A DNA stretch of 64,000 nucleotides from Penicillus capitatus (Eukaryota > Plantae > Chlorophyta), in NCBI GenBank assembly GCA_965649825.1, contig OZ287697.1, forward strand, positions 831,635 to 895,634, in the 5' to 3' direction. A program made the translations under genes and the position numbers. Numbering within the stretch: the stretch's first letter is position 1; each line of letters starts with the position of its first letter. The notes under the pieces were generated by a model, which saw nothing but the letters and a program-made list of their open reading frames with translations, was not told the DNA's origin and did no database searches. Positions 34,841-47,213 of this stretch are shown one piece after another.

Positions 34841-35641
34841 ATGTATACTGAAGCACATGGCTATCGAGGTGTTCATCGTCATTCGAACCCGTTACCCGCT
34901 AGCGGCAGCAGTGCACCTCTGTTTAGCTCGCGTCGCAAGGGCGGCGAAGAATGGGAGAAAAAGGCCCTCGTTGCCCTCGTAGCACTGTCTGTCGTACTTT
35001 TCGTCGTTGTACTCTATCAAGGGAATCGCCAGTCGTTATTGGCATTAGACAAGGAACAGTCGAATCGAGACGTGGAACATCTGAAGACCGAGGCGACGTC
35101 ACTGAGGGCATCGCTTAATAATCAGCAGCAGGAGAAGGAGATGCTGCAGAGGCAATTGCGAGAGGCTTTGGGCACAACGGACCGCATTCAGGAGAATCTG
35201 AAACGCTCGCAGGATTTGAGGGAATCTCTGCAGACGGAAATGCGAGACATGAATGCAAGACTGCGGCGATGCGAAAACGATGCCAAGAAGCGCGAAGAAG
35301 AACTCGAAGCAGACATTGCAAAGGTCACACAAGAGCGCAACGATTTGAAGATTCGAGTCGATACGGACGACGCCATGGCAGTCACTTGGGCTCGAAAACT
35401 GGCCGAGGAGCAAATGGAAACGAAGAAATGTCAGGAGAAGCTGGCATTGCTGAGTCCAAAGACGGCCGCCGCCGCTGGCAGTCAAGGAGAGACGTCACAG
35501 AACCACGCCGAAGTGGATCTCGGTCGCAAGGTTGCCGCAGGAGAAGATCAAAATGGCACGAAAGAAGAGGGCATGGAGGGCATTGGTACTATCGATACGC
35601 CCAAAGACGTCCAGCGAAATCGACGAGATTTGGAACATTAA
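34841..35641 (+). CDS. Type II membrane coiled-coil protein (single TM plus long coiled coil); alternative start 34787
   Basis: TM ALVALVALSVVLFVVVLY followed by a heptad-rich segment; intronless ORF. Confidence 0.7.
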   Translation: MYTEAHGYRGVHRHSNPLPASGSSAPLFSSRRKGGEEWEKKALVALVALSVVLFVVVLYQGNRQSLLALDKEQSNRDVEHLKTEATSLRASLNNQQQEKEMLQRQLREALGTTDRIQENLKRSQDLRESLQTEMRDMNARLRRCENDAKKREEELEADIAKVTQERNDLKIRVDTDDAMAVTWARKLAEEQMETKKCQEKLALLSPKTAAAAGSQGETSQNHAEVDLGRKVAAGEDQNGTKEEGMEGIGTIDTPKDVQRNRRDLEH

Positions 35642-35716
35642 GGGAAGGACGAAGTTTTGCACGTTATCCTGCAGCCGTTGTAAGGTGACCTGTGTTCAAA
35701 CCGCACCGCATTCGCG

Positions 35717-36298
35717 ATGGATTTCTTGATGGGCGCCAAAGGACGCGATTTTGTGATGGTCTGTTGCGATACCTCCGCCGTCCAGCAGATCATTACGATG
35801 AAGGAAGACGAGGACAAGATTCTCCCGATCGACCGCCATCGCGTCATGGCTCTGGCTGGCGAACCGGGCGACCGAGTGAACTTCGCCAATTTTATTATCG
35901 CCAACGTACGCCTCTACGCACTGCGCAACGCCACAGAGCTCAGCACGCACGCCATTGCGAATTTTACAAGAATGGAATTGGCAGCAGCCTTACGCCGCGC
36001 GCCCTACATGGCGAACCTTCTCATTGCTGGATATGATGAAAAGACAGGTCCTGCACTGTTCTGGCTCGATTATCTGGCAACGATGCACAAGACGAATTTC
36101 TCTGGGACGGGTTATGGGGCTTACTTCGCCCTGGCGGTCTTCGACCGTTACTGGAAGGCGGATATCACCGAAGCCGAAGCGCTGGAGATCATGGAACGCG
36201 CCGTCCTAGAGGTCAAGAAGCGATTGGTCGTGGCGCCGACGCACTATGTGATCAAGATCGTCGACAAAAACGGCATACGCATTGCCAAGACCATTTGA
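35717..36298 (+). CDS. PSMB2: 20S proteasome subunit beta 4 (PSMB2/PBD/Pre1)
   Basis: 193 aa; KGRDFVMV, EDKI, GEPGDRVNF, LYALRN, PYMANLLIAGYD, LFWLDYL. Confidence 0.95.
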   Translation: MDFLMGAKGRDFVMVCCDTSAVQQIITMKEDEDKILPIDRHRVMALAGEPGDRVNFANFIIANVRLYALRNATELSTHAIANFTRMELAAALRRAPYMANLLIAGYDEKTGPALFWLDYLATMHKTNFSGTGYGAYFALAVFDRYWKADITEAEALEIMERAVLEVKKRLVVAPTHYVIKIVDKNGIRIAKTI

Positions 36299-36354
36299 GA
36301 AAACGATGATGTGTCCGGCACATATGTCCTGTCTCTTAATCCAGGTCACTCACT

Positions 36355-37341
36355 CTATTCCGCATTGCCTGTCACATCAACGCCATCTGTCTCTTCTTCT
36401 TCCGCCTCCTCTTCGATCTCTTTTTCGCGAGAGGGTGGAAAGGCAGAGTCTTCGGGGTCGACAGTACGGCCGAGCAAGTAATCAAGGGAGACGCCACGAA
36501 TTTCTGCCACTTCTGGTAACGTCCGCATCATGTCAAGTGCTTTGACGGCCGCCTTTGCATTGTTCATGGCGTTTCCCGAATTCAGAATCTTCCCGAAGCC
36601 ATTCTTGACACCAGCCACTTCCAACACCGCCCGGACCACGCCGCCGGCGATTACACCTAGAACACGTTACATCACAAGCAGCACAGCCACGATACCACCC
36701 ACACCTGTCCCATCAACCGCAGGCACTAACACCACTTTCGACGAGCAGAGTTTTGCCTCTTGTCGATGAGGAAAGGAGAACGTCTGTTTGTTGAGGTCAA
36801 ACGTGATGAGTTGTTTCTTGGCACGCGCCACAGCTTTCTGACAGGCGTTTGGGATTTCCTTGGCCGTGGCATTGCCGATGCCGACGGTACCCTGACCATC
36901 ACCCACGACCATGACTGCCCGAAACCGAATCTTCCGTCCGCCCTTCGCCGTTGACGCCACTCGACGCAATTCCACAACGCGCTGTTCAAAACCGTCTATT
37001 CTTCTTGGTTTCTGTTGCCCTTCATCGTCGTCATCCTCCTCATCGTCCACACTCATATGGATCATTTCTCCGTCCTCTCCAAACAACGACGACACATATC
37101 CTTCCTCGACTGCCGCTTCTTCTTCCTCCAACTCCTCTTCCAGTTCGACTTCCTCTTCTGCCGCAGCGCAGATTCGCCAGTGCGAGGCCTGGAGGCGCGG
37201 CGAGGCGTCGAGCAGAGAAGCGGATCCCGAGAAACGCGATGCAATGCGTCGTGGACAAGGTCGTGCAGCGGCAACGTTGCTGATCAACCGCCTGGTTGGC
37301 GTTGTCGATGACGACGAAGGTCGACTGAGTGACGCCTTCAT
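36355..37341 (-). CDS. PRPS5: Plastid ribosomal protein S5 (uS5c) with transit peptide, 1 intron
   Basis: Ser/Arg-rich transit peptide, acidic extension, FEQRVVELRRVASTAKGGRK.RFRAVMVVGD, GTGVIAGGVVRAVLEVAGVKN. Confidence 0.93.
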
Positions 37342-37386
37342 GAGATGTGTCAAACGTAGCCCTAATGAAAAACGTTCGCGCAACAG

Positions 37387-38382
37387 ATGCCGTGGTTTTA
37401 CTGCAATGACTGTGGGGACTCGATCAAAAAGGTGGTGAAGTGAAGCCTCGCTGCATTGCTGATACTCTTGTGGCTGTAGCCGAAGATTCTGGCCCATACC
37501 TATCGCTGTTCTGCCTCGAGCTTCACGTGCATCGACTGCAGCGCGACCTTCGACCAGTATACGGTTCAGGTGAACCAGCTGTTGGTATCTTTGGCTGGAT
37601 CTGGTGTATGGCGTGCAGAGTCATACAAGATGTGTGACGGAGAAGGAGAAATACGTGGATGGTGCGACAAAACCTGGCGGCTTTGCAGCGCAGGGATACG
37701 TGTCCACAACGGCGACGTCTGTTGGCGGCGGCGAAGACGTTGTGGGAACGGAGTACCTCTCAACCTGCCCTCCATGGATATGCAGGTCAGTGCATCCATC
37801 TCTCAGTCCGAGGCATCTGTCGTGGATGGCAGCCTCTGCAATGTGCGCTGCACGAGTCGGGAAACATTGATGCACCATGCAAGCGGCACGAAGCATCGGA
37901 GAAAAGTCCGCGACAATGGATCCTGGTGGCATTCCCAATGTGCTGTGGCCTTTCTAGGTACGCTCAGCGACGAATGGAATCCATGATGTGAAAGAGGCCA
38001 TTGCCATGACACCGCCAACCGATCCGGCAGAACAGAGGCCGTCGATGTCAGAAGTGATCTGCGGATGACGGGTAGATGGACTAGAATGATAGAAGGTGTG
38101 TGACAGGAGGCCTCTGCTGTGGGTCAGGAACCAGAGAAAGCCAAGAAACAGAAAAAGCCTCGGAGAGAGGACAAGAGAAAGAAACGACAGATTCGATTAG
38201 GAATCGAGATTCTTGCGGAAAAGAAGGATGGAATGACACTGAAGCGTTTTGAGAAGAAACTCCGAAAGCGCTCTCCAAGTCATAGCGATCTGGCCGACCT
38301 GATCGACGCGGTAGGTGGCCTAAACGGACCCCATTCCATCTCGGCTGATGCGATCTGTGTTCTAGATCAAGTGCATCCCTGA
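37387..38382 (+). CDS. LYAR: LYAR-type zinc-finger nucleolar protein (plus matrin-type C2H2), multi-exon
   Basis: Spliced MPWFYCNDCGDSIKK-PKILAHTYRC..FTCIDCSATF..SHTRCVTEKEKY; LCNVRCTSRETLMHHASGTKH; Lys-rich C-terminus. Confidence 0.85.
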
Positions 38383-38617
38383 CGTGGTGATCACTGAAAA
38401 GCGCATCGCTCTTAAATCGTGAGACCGAGTGCGCGTGCGTTCGTAGCATTACGATTCGCGTTTGGCTTTGCTGTCGAGACGTGGGTGGGGCCGTGTCGTC
38501 TTTTGTGGGAGGGACCGTATCTGTACCGTAGATTGATGCGATCGTATTTGTGACCAATCAGATCCAGTTGTTCCGCGAAGATCTATCATTCCGCTTTTGC
38601 GTCTCTCCTCCCTCGCC

Positions 38618-39634
38618 ATGTCGCTCGTCGAGAAATCCTCCCTCGTCGGTTCGCCCCTCGTGGCAGCTCCTCAGGTATCGGCCAGTTGCTATGCATTCGA
38701 TCGCATCTTCGATGACGCGTGACGCGTGTCTTGCAGAATGGGGCCACCTGCTTCATGCGCAACACGAAGAGCTCTAGAGCGTCGAAACGCCCTTCGGGAC
38801 GCAAGACCGTCCGGTGAGAGCACCACTGAAAACGACATCCAAATCGAGCGCCTTTCTGCAGAGAACGCGCAGGATGGTGGGGCAAGAGCGATTCGGATAA
38901 ACTGAGTCCCTGGTACGGTCCGGATCGCAACCTCTGGCTGGGGCCGCTCTCGCCTCCTCCGCCTCCTTACCTTACAGGAGAGTTCCCTGGCGATTACGGA
39001 TGGGTAAAGCATCTCGTACACAGACAGATAATCGCTAAATGATGTCGATGCATCCATCTAGGATACTGTGGGCCTCTCTGCCGATCCCGAAACATTCGCA
39101 CGTTATCGCGAAATCGAACTGCAGCATTGCCGATGGGCCATGCTGGGTACCGTGGGATGCCTCACGCCTGAGGCACTGGCCCGCTACAGCGGCACAGAAT
39201 TTGGCGAATCTGTCTGGTTCAAAGCCGGCAGTCAGATCTTCGCCGATGGTGGATTGGATTATCTCGGAAGTCCAAATCTGATCCATGCTCAGTCCATCTT
39301 GGCCATTCTTGGCTGCCAAGTGGTATTGATGGGAGCTGCTGAAGGATACCGAGTGAATGGCGGTCCTGCCGGTGAAGATCTGGACCGTAACTATCCAGGC
39401 GGTCCGTTCTTCGATCCGTTGGGATTGGCAGATGATCCAGACAACTTCGCCGAGTTGAAGATCAAAGAGATCAAGAACGGCAGATTGGCGATGTTCAGCA
39501 TGTTTGGTTACTTTGTGCAAGCCATCGTGACCGGCAAAGGTCCCGTGGAGAACTGGGCAGATCACATTGCGGATCCTGTCAACAAAAATGGCCTGACAGC
39601 TGTTTTCGCCACAAAATTTGATCCCTCCACCTGA
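38618..39634 (+). CDS. LHCBM: Major light-harvesting chlorophyll a/b protein (LHCII/LHCBM type)
   Basis: [66 protein letters not shown]. Confidence 0.96.
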
Positions 39635-39700
39635 AGAGAAGATCTCATTTTGACAGATACGGTGCCAGACATTTTGAAAAACGCGTCCCTGGTGAGATCT

Positions 39701-41374
39701 TTACTCGATGAATGGCAACACGTTTTCGGTGAGATACTCAACCTGCTCCTGAAAATCCAAAGCCATCCAAACATCTTCATATATGATCAGCAATGGCCAA
39801 CCACATTCCTTCAGGATACGATGTCGCCATTTCTGTGGACCCTGAAGGCGATGCCTCTCATTGACAAAACAGCTGTCTTCGCTGACGACCTCAATGACAA
39901 TGCGGATACCATTGGCATTGCGCACTCCATACAGCATCCATCCTGTCAGAGGGTCGACCATAGGACAGTCCTCCGTGTAGCCCATGTACTCGAAATTGTA
40001 CAGGACGTGGGAAACGATGGGATGGATGGATGACTGGCAATGGAAAGCACTCCATGCCTCGTAACACTGAGTTCGGATATCGTCTGGCAAAAGGGCATCG
40101 GCCTTCTCCTTCTTCAAGATCGATTGATGCAGGAGACAGTGATAGATCTGCCTCAGACTATCGCCATCAAGCCCATACGGGTCATCTCCACTGCCACGCT
40201 GCGTTTTCATTTCCACCATTCGCTGAACGGCCAGCTTCAGGAACGTCCCATCCAAGGCATCCAGGATCGACAGGGACCATATCACTTGGCAGTAGTCCTT
40301 GAGGGTGAAACTCTCCTGATAGTCCAGGATAAATGCCTTGGTGACTTGCAGAAGGGTCTGAGGGGCATAGCTGAAGACAGCAAAGGCATAGAGCGATCTC
40401 GAGATATCACACGGCTGAAATGTCGAGATGCGATTGGCAAAGTAGACTTCCATTCTATCCAGAAACTCAAATCTTGGCCGGAAAGGAATTCGAGACAGAG
40501 CCCATAGCACATCTGCCACGTCCTCTGGCTTCAGCAATTGGATATTGGCCTCGATCTTCATCACGATCGAATGCATCGTTGCCGGAGAAATGCGAACGCG
40601 CACGTTTCCGCATGCCCAGACGAAGTGGGCCAGTTCCAGAGGTGTAACGGATGACAGTTTCTGTCGTATGGTTCCAGCAAGACTCTCCATCAGTTCCTGA
40701 GCATCGGGGACGCCGAGTCGGCCCAGTGCCCAGCCCAACTGACAGAGTTCTGCAGGTTTGAAATTGCTTCTCCGGGCGCGGCACGTCGTTGTGAGAACAG
40801 GCACAAACTGAGCGGCGGCGTGGTATTGAAGATCTGCCAATCCGGTCATCACCACCGTCGTCTCGCGTGGCGTCAGATTACACAGGCGCCGCCGCACGAG
40901 CATGGCGAGATCTTCCACAAGCTTCTCGCCCGTTCCCCATTGCTCTATCTCCCAGGATTTGATCCTTGGGCCCAGTCGTCCAACCGCAGCGACGACTCCC
41001 GAAAAACGTCGAGTTCTGAGGTCGATGAATCGGATATGCTGCAGAACTTCGATGACAAATGCTGAATGGCGCGTCAAGAGGTGTTCCATAAGTGTGTTCT
41101 CCTCAGCCAACCGTATCAGCATGAACAGCAGTGTGCTCCAATTCCAGCTGCTGAGCTGTTCCTTCTGGCAGATCTCTTTATACTCTGTCACGATCTGGTC
41201 CAGCATATCTGCAGGAGATGTGAAAAGGGCATCGCCGGGGAGGTTTCCCGGGGATATGGTTTCGGTTGCCTGTTCTGCCAGTTCGACCAGGATATGATTC
41301 ACTTTCCTGCTGTATTCCGTGGCTCGTTGGCGAACGGATTGTGTCTCATTCGAGGCTCTGACGCATACCTGCAT
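39701..41374 (-). CDS. RAP-domain / OPR-FASTK-like helical-repeat protein; further 5' exons likely up to ~41870
   Basis: Repeats FKPAELCQLGWALGRL, PLELAHFVWACG, PEDVADVLWALSRI; C-terminal RAP-like IEVVSEDSCF..KWRHRILKECGWPLLII. Confidence 0.8.
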   Translation of the reverse strand: MQVCVRASNETQSVRQRATEYSRKVNHILVELAEQATETISPGNLPGDALFTSPADMLDQIVTEYKEICQKEQLSSWNWSTLLFMLIRLAEENTLMEHLLTRHSAFVIEVLQHIRFIDLRTRRFSGVVAAVGRLGPRIKSWEIEQWGTGEKLVEDLAMLVRRRLCNLTPRETTVVMTGLADLQYHAAAQFVPVLTTTCRARRSNFKPAELCQLGWALGRLGVPDAQELMESLAGTIRQKLSSVTPLELAHFVWACGNVRVRISPATMHSIVMKIEANIQLLKPEDVADVLWALSRIPFRPRFEFLDRMEVYFANRISTFQPCDISRSLYAFAVFSYAPQTLLQVTKAFILDYQESFTLKDYCQVIWSLSILDALDGTFLKLAVQRMVEMKTQRGSGDDPYGLDGDSLRQIYHCLLHQSILKKEKADALLPDDIRTQCYEAWSAFHCQSSIHPIVSHVLYNFEYMGYTEDCPMVDPLTGWMLYGVRNANGIRIVIEVVSEDSCFVNERHRLQGPQKWRHRILKECGWPLLIIYEDVWMALDFQEQVEYLTENVLPFIE

Positions 41375-41999
41375 CGGTTTGTAAAGGAGAGGTGACGGTT
41401 ACGACAGTCTTGCCTGTGTCGTGTGACCCAACACACGAGGTAGGGCGCTGTGACGTATGGGTGTCGATTTGAAGAACATCGTCCATGATCTGTGACAATG
41501 ACCCATCATCATCTCGCGCAGAAAACACAGACACTGTCCTGCGTCAAGGCTTTCTGCCTCCTCCGAATGTTCATTTCGCCTCCATCTGTCAAGATCTTGC
41601 CTCACTGATCGCGTTATTGTGCAGATCTGTCGAAGATCCAGATAAGAGGCTGGATACTGAGCTCTGCCAAGGCATTCTGGACCAATGTTTGATGCTGTCC
41701 CTCGGGTCAGCCGGCAGAGAGACCATTTCGTTTAAGATCCTGAAAGTCATGCCAGACAACAAGGAGCTCATCTGCGAGATTCCTCGACAGTGAGCATCAC
41801 GTCACATCAATCACACCATCGCGATTGCCAAGAGTGCGCGTGTGCTGCTCAGGGCATATACAGCTTTTCGCATGGCGACGTTCTCTCCTGTTTTTTATGA
41901 GAATGCAGCATACCACTTGTCTTTTCGCAGGGGTTCTTTCTTTCTGCTATCCCTCATGAACAGTCGTGATGTGGTTGATGCGCGACATCGACATGGTGT

Positions 42000-44900
42000 T
42001 TAAAAGAAAGAGGTCATCAAAGCAATCTGCTGCAAATCGTCCACAAGCTGATGGCGATAGGTGCCGCATCTCTGTGCCAATGATTCCTGTTCCACTCGAT
42101 CGAGATGGAGAAATCGAAAGATGAGCTCCACATCCAAAATGACTCCAGTGTCTGGTGCCGTACGGCCTTGCTTAAAGAATCCACACATCGAAGCCCGTCC
42201 AGGCCGCGTGCTTCGCTGGCGGAAGGCAATGGGATTCAGTCCAGAAACGTGATGCACGTGCAGCGTCAGGAGCTTCTGCAGCATATGCAGTCTGGTATAT
42301 AGAGCAAGATCCCAGACGGATGCAATGTAGCCAATGCTGCCTTCCATAGAGCCATACAGTGCAGCTTGGCGTCCTGTGCCATCCAACGAACACAAACGCA
42401 TTCGTAGCATCTTGGTGATGGAATGACCCACATGAAAAGACCCTCTAAGAAACGGGACATGAGAGGGGAGAGGGGTGAAGTGGAAGGGGGTTACTCTGAA
42501 ACGAGTTTTCTGCCGTTCCAGCTGTCGGGATGATCACGTCGGTAACCATGCACGTGGAGATTCCGCCCACCATCTGCCGAAATGAATCGCAACGTGGAAC
42601 CGTTGACCAGGAATTCTGTGGAATAGACATCGGCTTGGTCGAAATCTTTGCCCAGCAAGACCATCTCCTTTGCTTCGGCACTGGTGTCATGTCCACTCGT
42701 CGGAATCTAAAAAACCGCTTTCTTCATCAGAGGCCGAAAACAGTGAGACATCGACATACTGTGTACCATACAAAGTGAATGCCCTTCAGAAAATCGCCAA
42801 AGAGGACGAAACTCTTCATGACATTTGCCGAGGTGATGAAGATCGGTGCATCAAAGAATGCCAATCGCGTCATATCGCGCCCCGTCCAGGCACAGAGCTC
42901 CAATCGATTGCCGATGCCCATCAGCAAACTCCCATCCAATACAGCAACGATACCCACAGGGGCTCTGCATTCTTGAGACCACACCACTTTGCCCTCCCAT
43001 TCGTCATTGGCAGACTTGGCAATATCGAGCAAGAGGATGCGACCTGTGCTCGGATAGTCTTCCCCTATGCATAAAAGTGTGACCACATTGAGTGAGATGA
43101 CGGACAAAACCTAAGACAGTGGCCGTGCCGACTGCGATGAAGGATTGCGTGATCTCCTCTGCCTGATTCTTCAGTCGGACAGCTCTTAGGGCCATTCCGA
43201 CCTCATTGGACTGAAAAGGGAGATGCCAAACCGTCGACCATTTCCCGGGCACGATGATCCGTACCTGAATGGCAGGCAGAAGGTTTGGGGTCGATTGGAG
43301 AAAACAGACAAGTCACTTCATGTCCTTCCTCTGTGCCTTTCTCTCTGGCGGCTTGTTCGTTCACAGCATAGGCTGCAGAGGCATGTGTATCACCCCCTTC
43401 CTCCTCTGGACGTCGCATTCGAAAAGGAATGGGCCGGGAACAGAGCAGCAAATACAGACGTCCGTCTGGATACCATGCAAGTTTGTTGGGAGTACAGCGG
43501 AGAGGGATTTTGCTGCAGGGCCACGGGCAATCCAGTCTCTCATTGTGCAGACTGCATATCTTGAGCTGATCGCTGGTCATGGATAGGATGAATCCTTTGG
43601 GGCAGTTGACATTGCTGAAGGGCGTCATGGCCGAGACAGATCCGTCCACGAGCAATCGATGCATATGGAGGCCCTTTGGACTGAAGATGAAGAACACCGG
43701 CGCCATACCACAGAGAAAGATCCCTTGACAGGAATGCCGTTCGCCAAGATCACTGAAACGGACCATCCGACTGCGACCGGAAGGAAGGGGCTTCTCGTGC
43801 TGACGAATCTGACTCCATGCTGCATCGCCGGCACATTCCACTTCGAGTTTCCGAAAAGACATCGCTCCAGATTCTGGCCGGAAGGCGCTGTAGATCATCA
43901 GCGTCCCATCATCCAGCAAAGCAAACAGAACCGGTCTCGAAATCAAGCTGTCCCTTTTGCTGGAGTCGGATGAAAAGAAGTCCATGTGGATTTCCACGGC
44001 CTTCGGAAAAGGATTCAGATTTGTGACGTCTGGCAGATTAGGACCGAGAATCTTCCATCCGATAGGGAAAGCGGGAAAAGAAAAGATGCAGCTCATATGT
44101 GGCAGGGCATAGATTTCTAGGGTGCCGACCGTTCGGCAGACGACGCAGAAGATGGGTGTTTGATAGATGGCACTGGGTCGATCTTCACTGAGCCAGAGGG
44201 CATTGTCAGCAAAGAAGCAACAAGCACTGATTTCGCCTTCTGGTGCTGCAAACAGGACAGGGATAGCAGATTCCAACGGAGAGAGCTTCCTGCTATCTTT
44301 GTCTCCTTCCAGAATCAACGCCCGGCCATCTGAGAGATGCAGAAGCAGGAGTGGATCGCAGATGGATGCCGATTGAAAGACGAGAGCATTGGACGAGGGG
44401 TCCGCATCCATCTTGCCAGCGTCTAACATAGGCAGTGGATTCTCATCCATAAGAAAGTCTGTTGGAAGGCTGTCTTCCTGCAGAGAGCCAAAATCATAGA
44501 AGACATTGCTGGTCTGAGGCACAGAAGCGGGGTCGGGTGGCGGCGGCTTCGTTTCGGCCATTACAGTATCTTCAGTGGTCGATGTTGCCTCTGCCGCCTC
44601 CTCTGGCTGAAGTTCAGCTACGATAGATTCAAGCGTGATCTCTTGTTGCAGCTCTGTGCCTCGGAGCACTCGGATCGTTTCGGGACAGACTTGGATAAGT
44701 CTGGTATCTGCAAAGAGACTGCCGGCAAAGATGGTCCTTGCTCCGATATTGAAATCCGACCTGGATGCGCCGCCAGATGGCAGGGAGAACATGATTGGCT
44801 TTCGGCTGGCTCACTTGTCGGAAACTTCTTCCAGTTCTTCGCCAGATTGCAGCACCATGGTTCCTGTGGCTGTCGAGATCACGTGATAGGCGTCTGTGGC

Positions 44901-47186
44901 ATAGGGCGTAACCGCCAAGGACATGTGTTCTGTGTCATCGTGATACTTCAGGGCCCAGACGGCTTCGATGTCTGGAACAGGCACTTCGATAAGCACTTCA
45001 GCCACGATACCGTTTCTGAGAACGGCCAGAGATCCAGAACGGGCAGAACCGACACATGCCACGAGTTGAGGCGATAGACTATCGACCGACGCACCATACA
45101 TTTGCTGGACAGGGTGGATGATCAAAGAAGTACTTACCTGGTATGTTGTGTTCCCGATTCGAGCTCCGGAGGTGCCCCTGAGACGATGTCACGGATCGGA
45201 CCGATGCAGAGCAGCGAATCGATCACAGAGAAGGTAAACTGATGTTGCGACATGGACGATTGCTTTGGCTTTTCTCCACTGAAGAACAACTGTCAGCCGT
45301 CACATCTTAGTGCCACATTTGCCATTGTGTCAGTGGATAGGTACCATGTCATCATCGTGGAGTTCTTCAGAAGGCGTCGCATCCATCACGGCATGATCTT
45401 CCATGATCTCCTGCGTTTCGATGGGCGTGAATTTGACAAGGAGCGAATCGCCTTGCCATGAACCAATGAAAAGCAGATCACCACCGATGACGCTCAGACA
45501 CGAAGCGATGGGGGCGCCTCCAGACTTGGTGATCTGTGATACAGTCTGCGATGAAGCCTCTGTTAGTGGCAACAAGATTTACAGAGATGTCGTGGACGGT
45601 GTCTCTGTCGAGCTTTAACTGAACCACCAGCAGTTGTCCCGTTTTCAAAGCCAGAAGAAGAGTGACGCTGTTTAACCAACACCACACAGCAGCATCCAGT
45701 TCTGCGTCCAGCATCTCGCCCTTTGTCGTAGTTGACGCGACAGTGGGCGCCGAATCCTGCACCAGGGTCCCATCAGAAGAGACAGCATATAACCATCGAG
45801 TGGAGTCCTACTGGATGCACAGAGGTTGCATACTTCTGCACCATCTGTGTAACTGAGGCCACTTCTCCCGTGTCAGAAATCTCTGGTTTCTTTGGGATCT
45901 CTACAGGAAATGCCTGTCCATTGACGCCCACGGACAACGTCTGGCTCTGAGACATCGACACGACTGTCACCTGCGATCAAGATCCTATCCGAATCACAAG
46001 CAGTACCTGATTGTAGAAGGTAATGAAGTTCAGGGAGAGGACTAGAGCGCCGCCATGAGGCACAGGGATAAGCCGATAGGCATCGCTCGGCAGATGCTTT
46101 ACTGACCAGATCACTGGGTAGATCTTTTGCCTGAGATTCAGGGAGATAGCTGTCAGACATCTTGTATCTTTCTTCTCCCTGCAGAGACAGAGTTCTTGCT
46201 TATCGACATCGAGTTGACATGACTGGCCTGTAGAGTGCCGCCCATGTGGCTATCGGTTCGTGCAGAATGAGGAGAACAGGTTCATTGTATCCATGCAGAA
46301 AGACAGAATCCAGTACCTGTAATCACCGTCTGCGCCATCAGGGGCAGGAAGATATGATCGGTGGGTATCTTATCTTGGATACCGAGTGTGTGGAGATGCA
46401 GGACGCAACTGCCACCGACCGAAGCTGCGCTGCATTCCGATGCTGTTTTGAGATCCTCCTGTGCCATGTCGAGATGTTCGATGTCTCGAGCTGGGAGCAA
46501 CGCCAAGAGATTGCGAAAGAACAGGACACATGCACAGCGTCCCAATGGATCCGTTTTCGCATCGGGACCCAATGGAAACACAACAGAGCCCTCTGCAAGG
46601 AACCCTCTGTCCTCAGAGCGTTATCCATGCTTGGAAGTCATGCCTTTGTCGTGGAGATCGTCTTCAAAACAGTGCAGGGACGATGCAGCGATGCTGTTGT
46701 CAGATTCCTTCCATTCCAGCACAGCCGCCTTCGCCTCTCTACCCGTACATGCTCTGCTGATCGTCATCGATGAAGAGCATCGGACCGGTAGGTCAGGAGT
46801 ATCGCATCTTTCTGCTGTTCTTTGCTGTTGTTCTTCAAAACGGCCAGACTCTCCACAGCGCCATTCAGCCGATACCCGTCAATCCATTCCAGGATCGATC
46901 CCCTGACACGCACACCCGAACGATCATGAACGACCTGTCTCTGCTCTGTGAGACACACACATACCGCACTTCGTAGATTTCTAACAACGTGGATCGAATG
47001 ACGATCAGATTCGGCAGAGAAGTGTGACCCGTTTCCGGAGGTCTCTTGGTAAAGTACGCGCAGACACTGTGGGTCACACCTGTCGGTGCATGGATCTACA
47101 GAACCGTGTCCGAGGATCGTCTGGTCAAGGACAGCAGCGCCCAACCGTACTTGATGGTGCATCGCGGGTTGACGCTCGGCTGCCAT
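42000..47186 (-). CDS. CPSF160: Cleavage and polyadenylation specificity factor 160-kDa subunit, multi-exon
   Basis: [25 protein letters not shown]; [12 protein letters not shown]; GSARSGSL; [14 protein letters not shown]; [13 protein letters not shown]; GLNPIAFR; terminal TSFF*. Confidence 0.93.
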
Positions 47187-47213
47187 TTCCAGAATGCGTT
47201 CCGTTGGTCGAAA

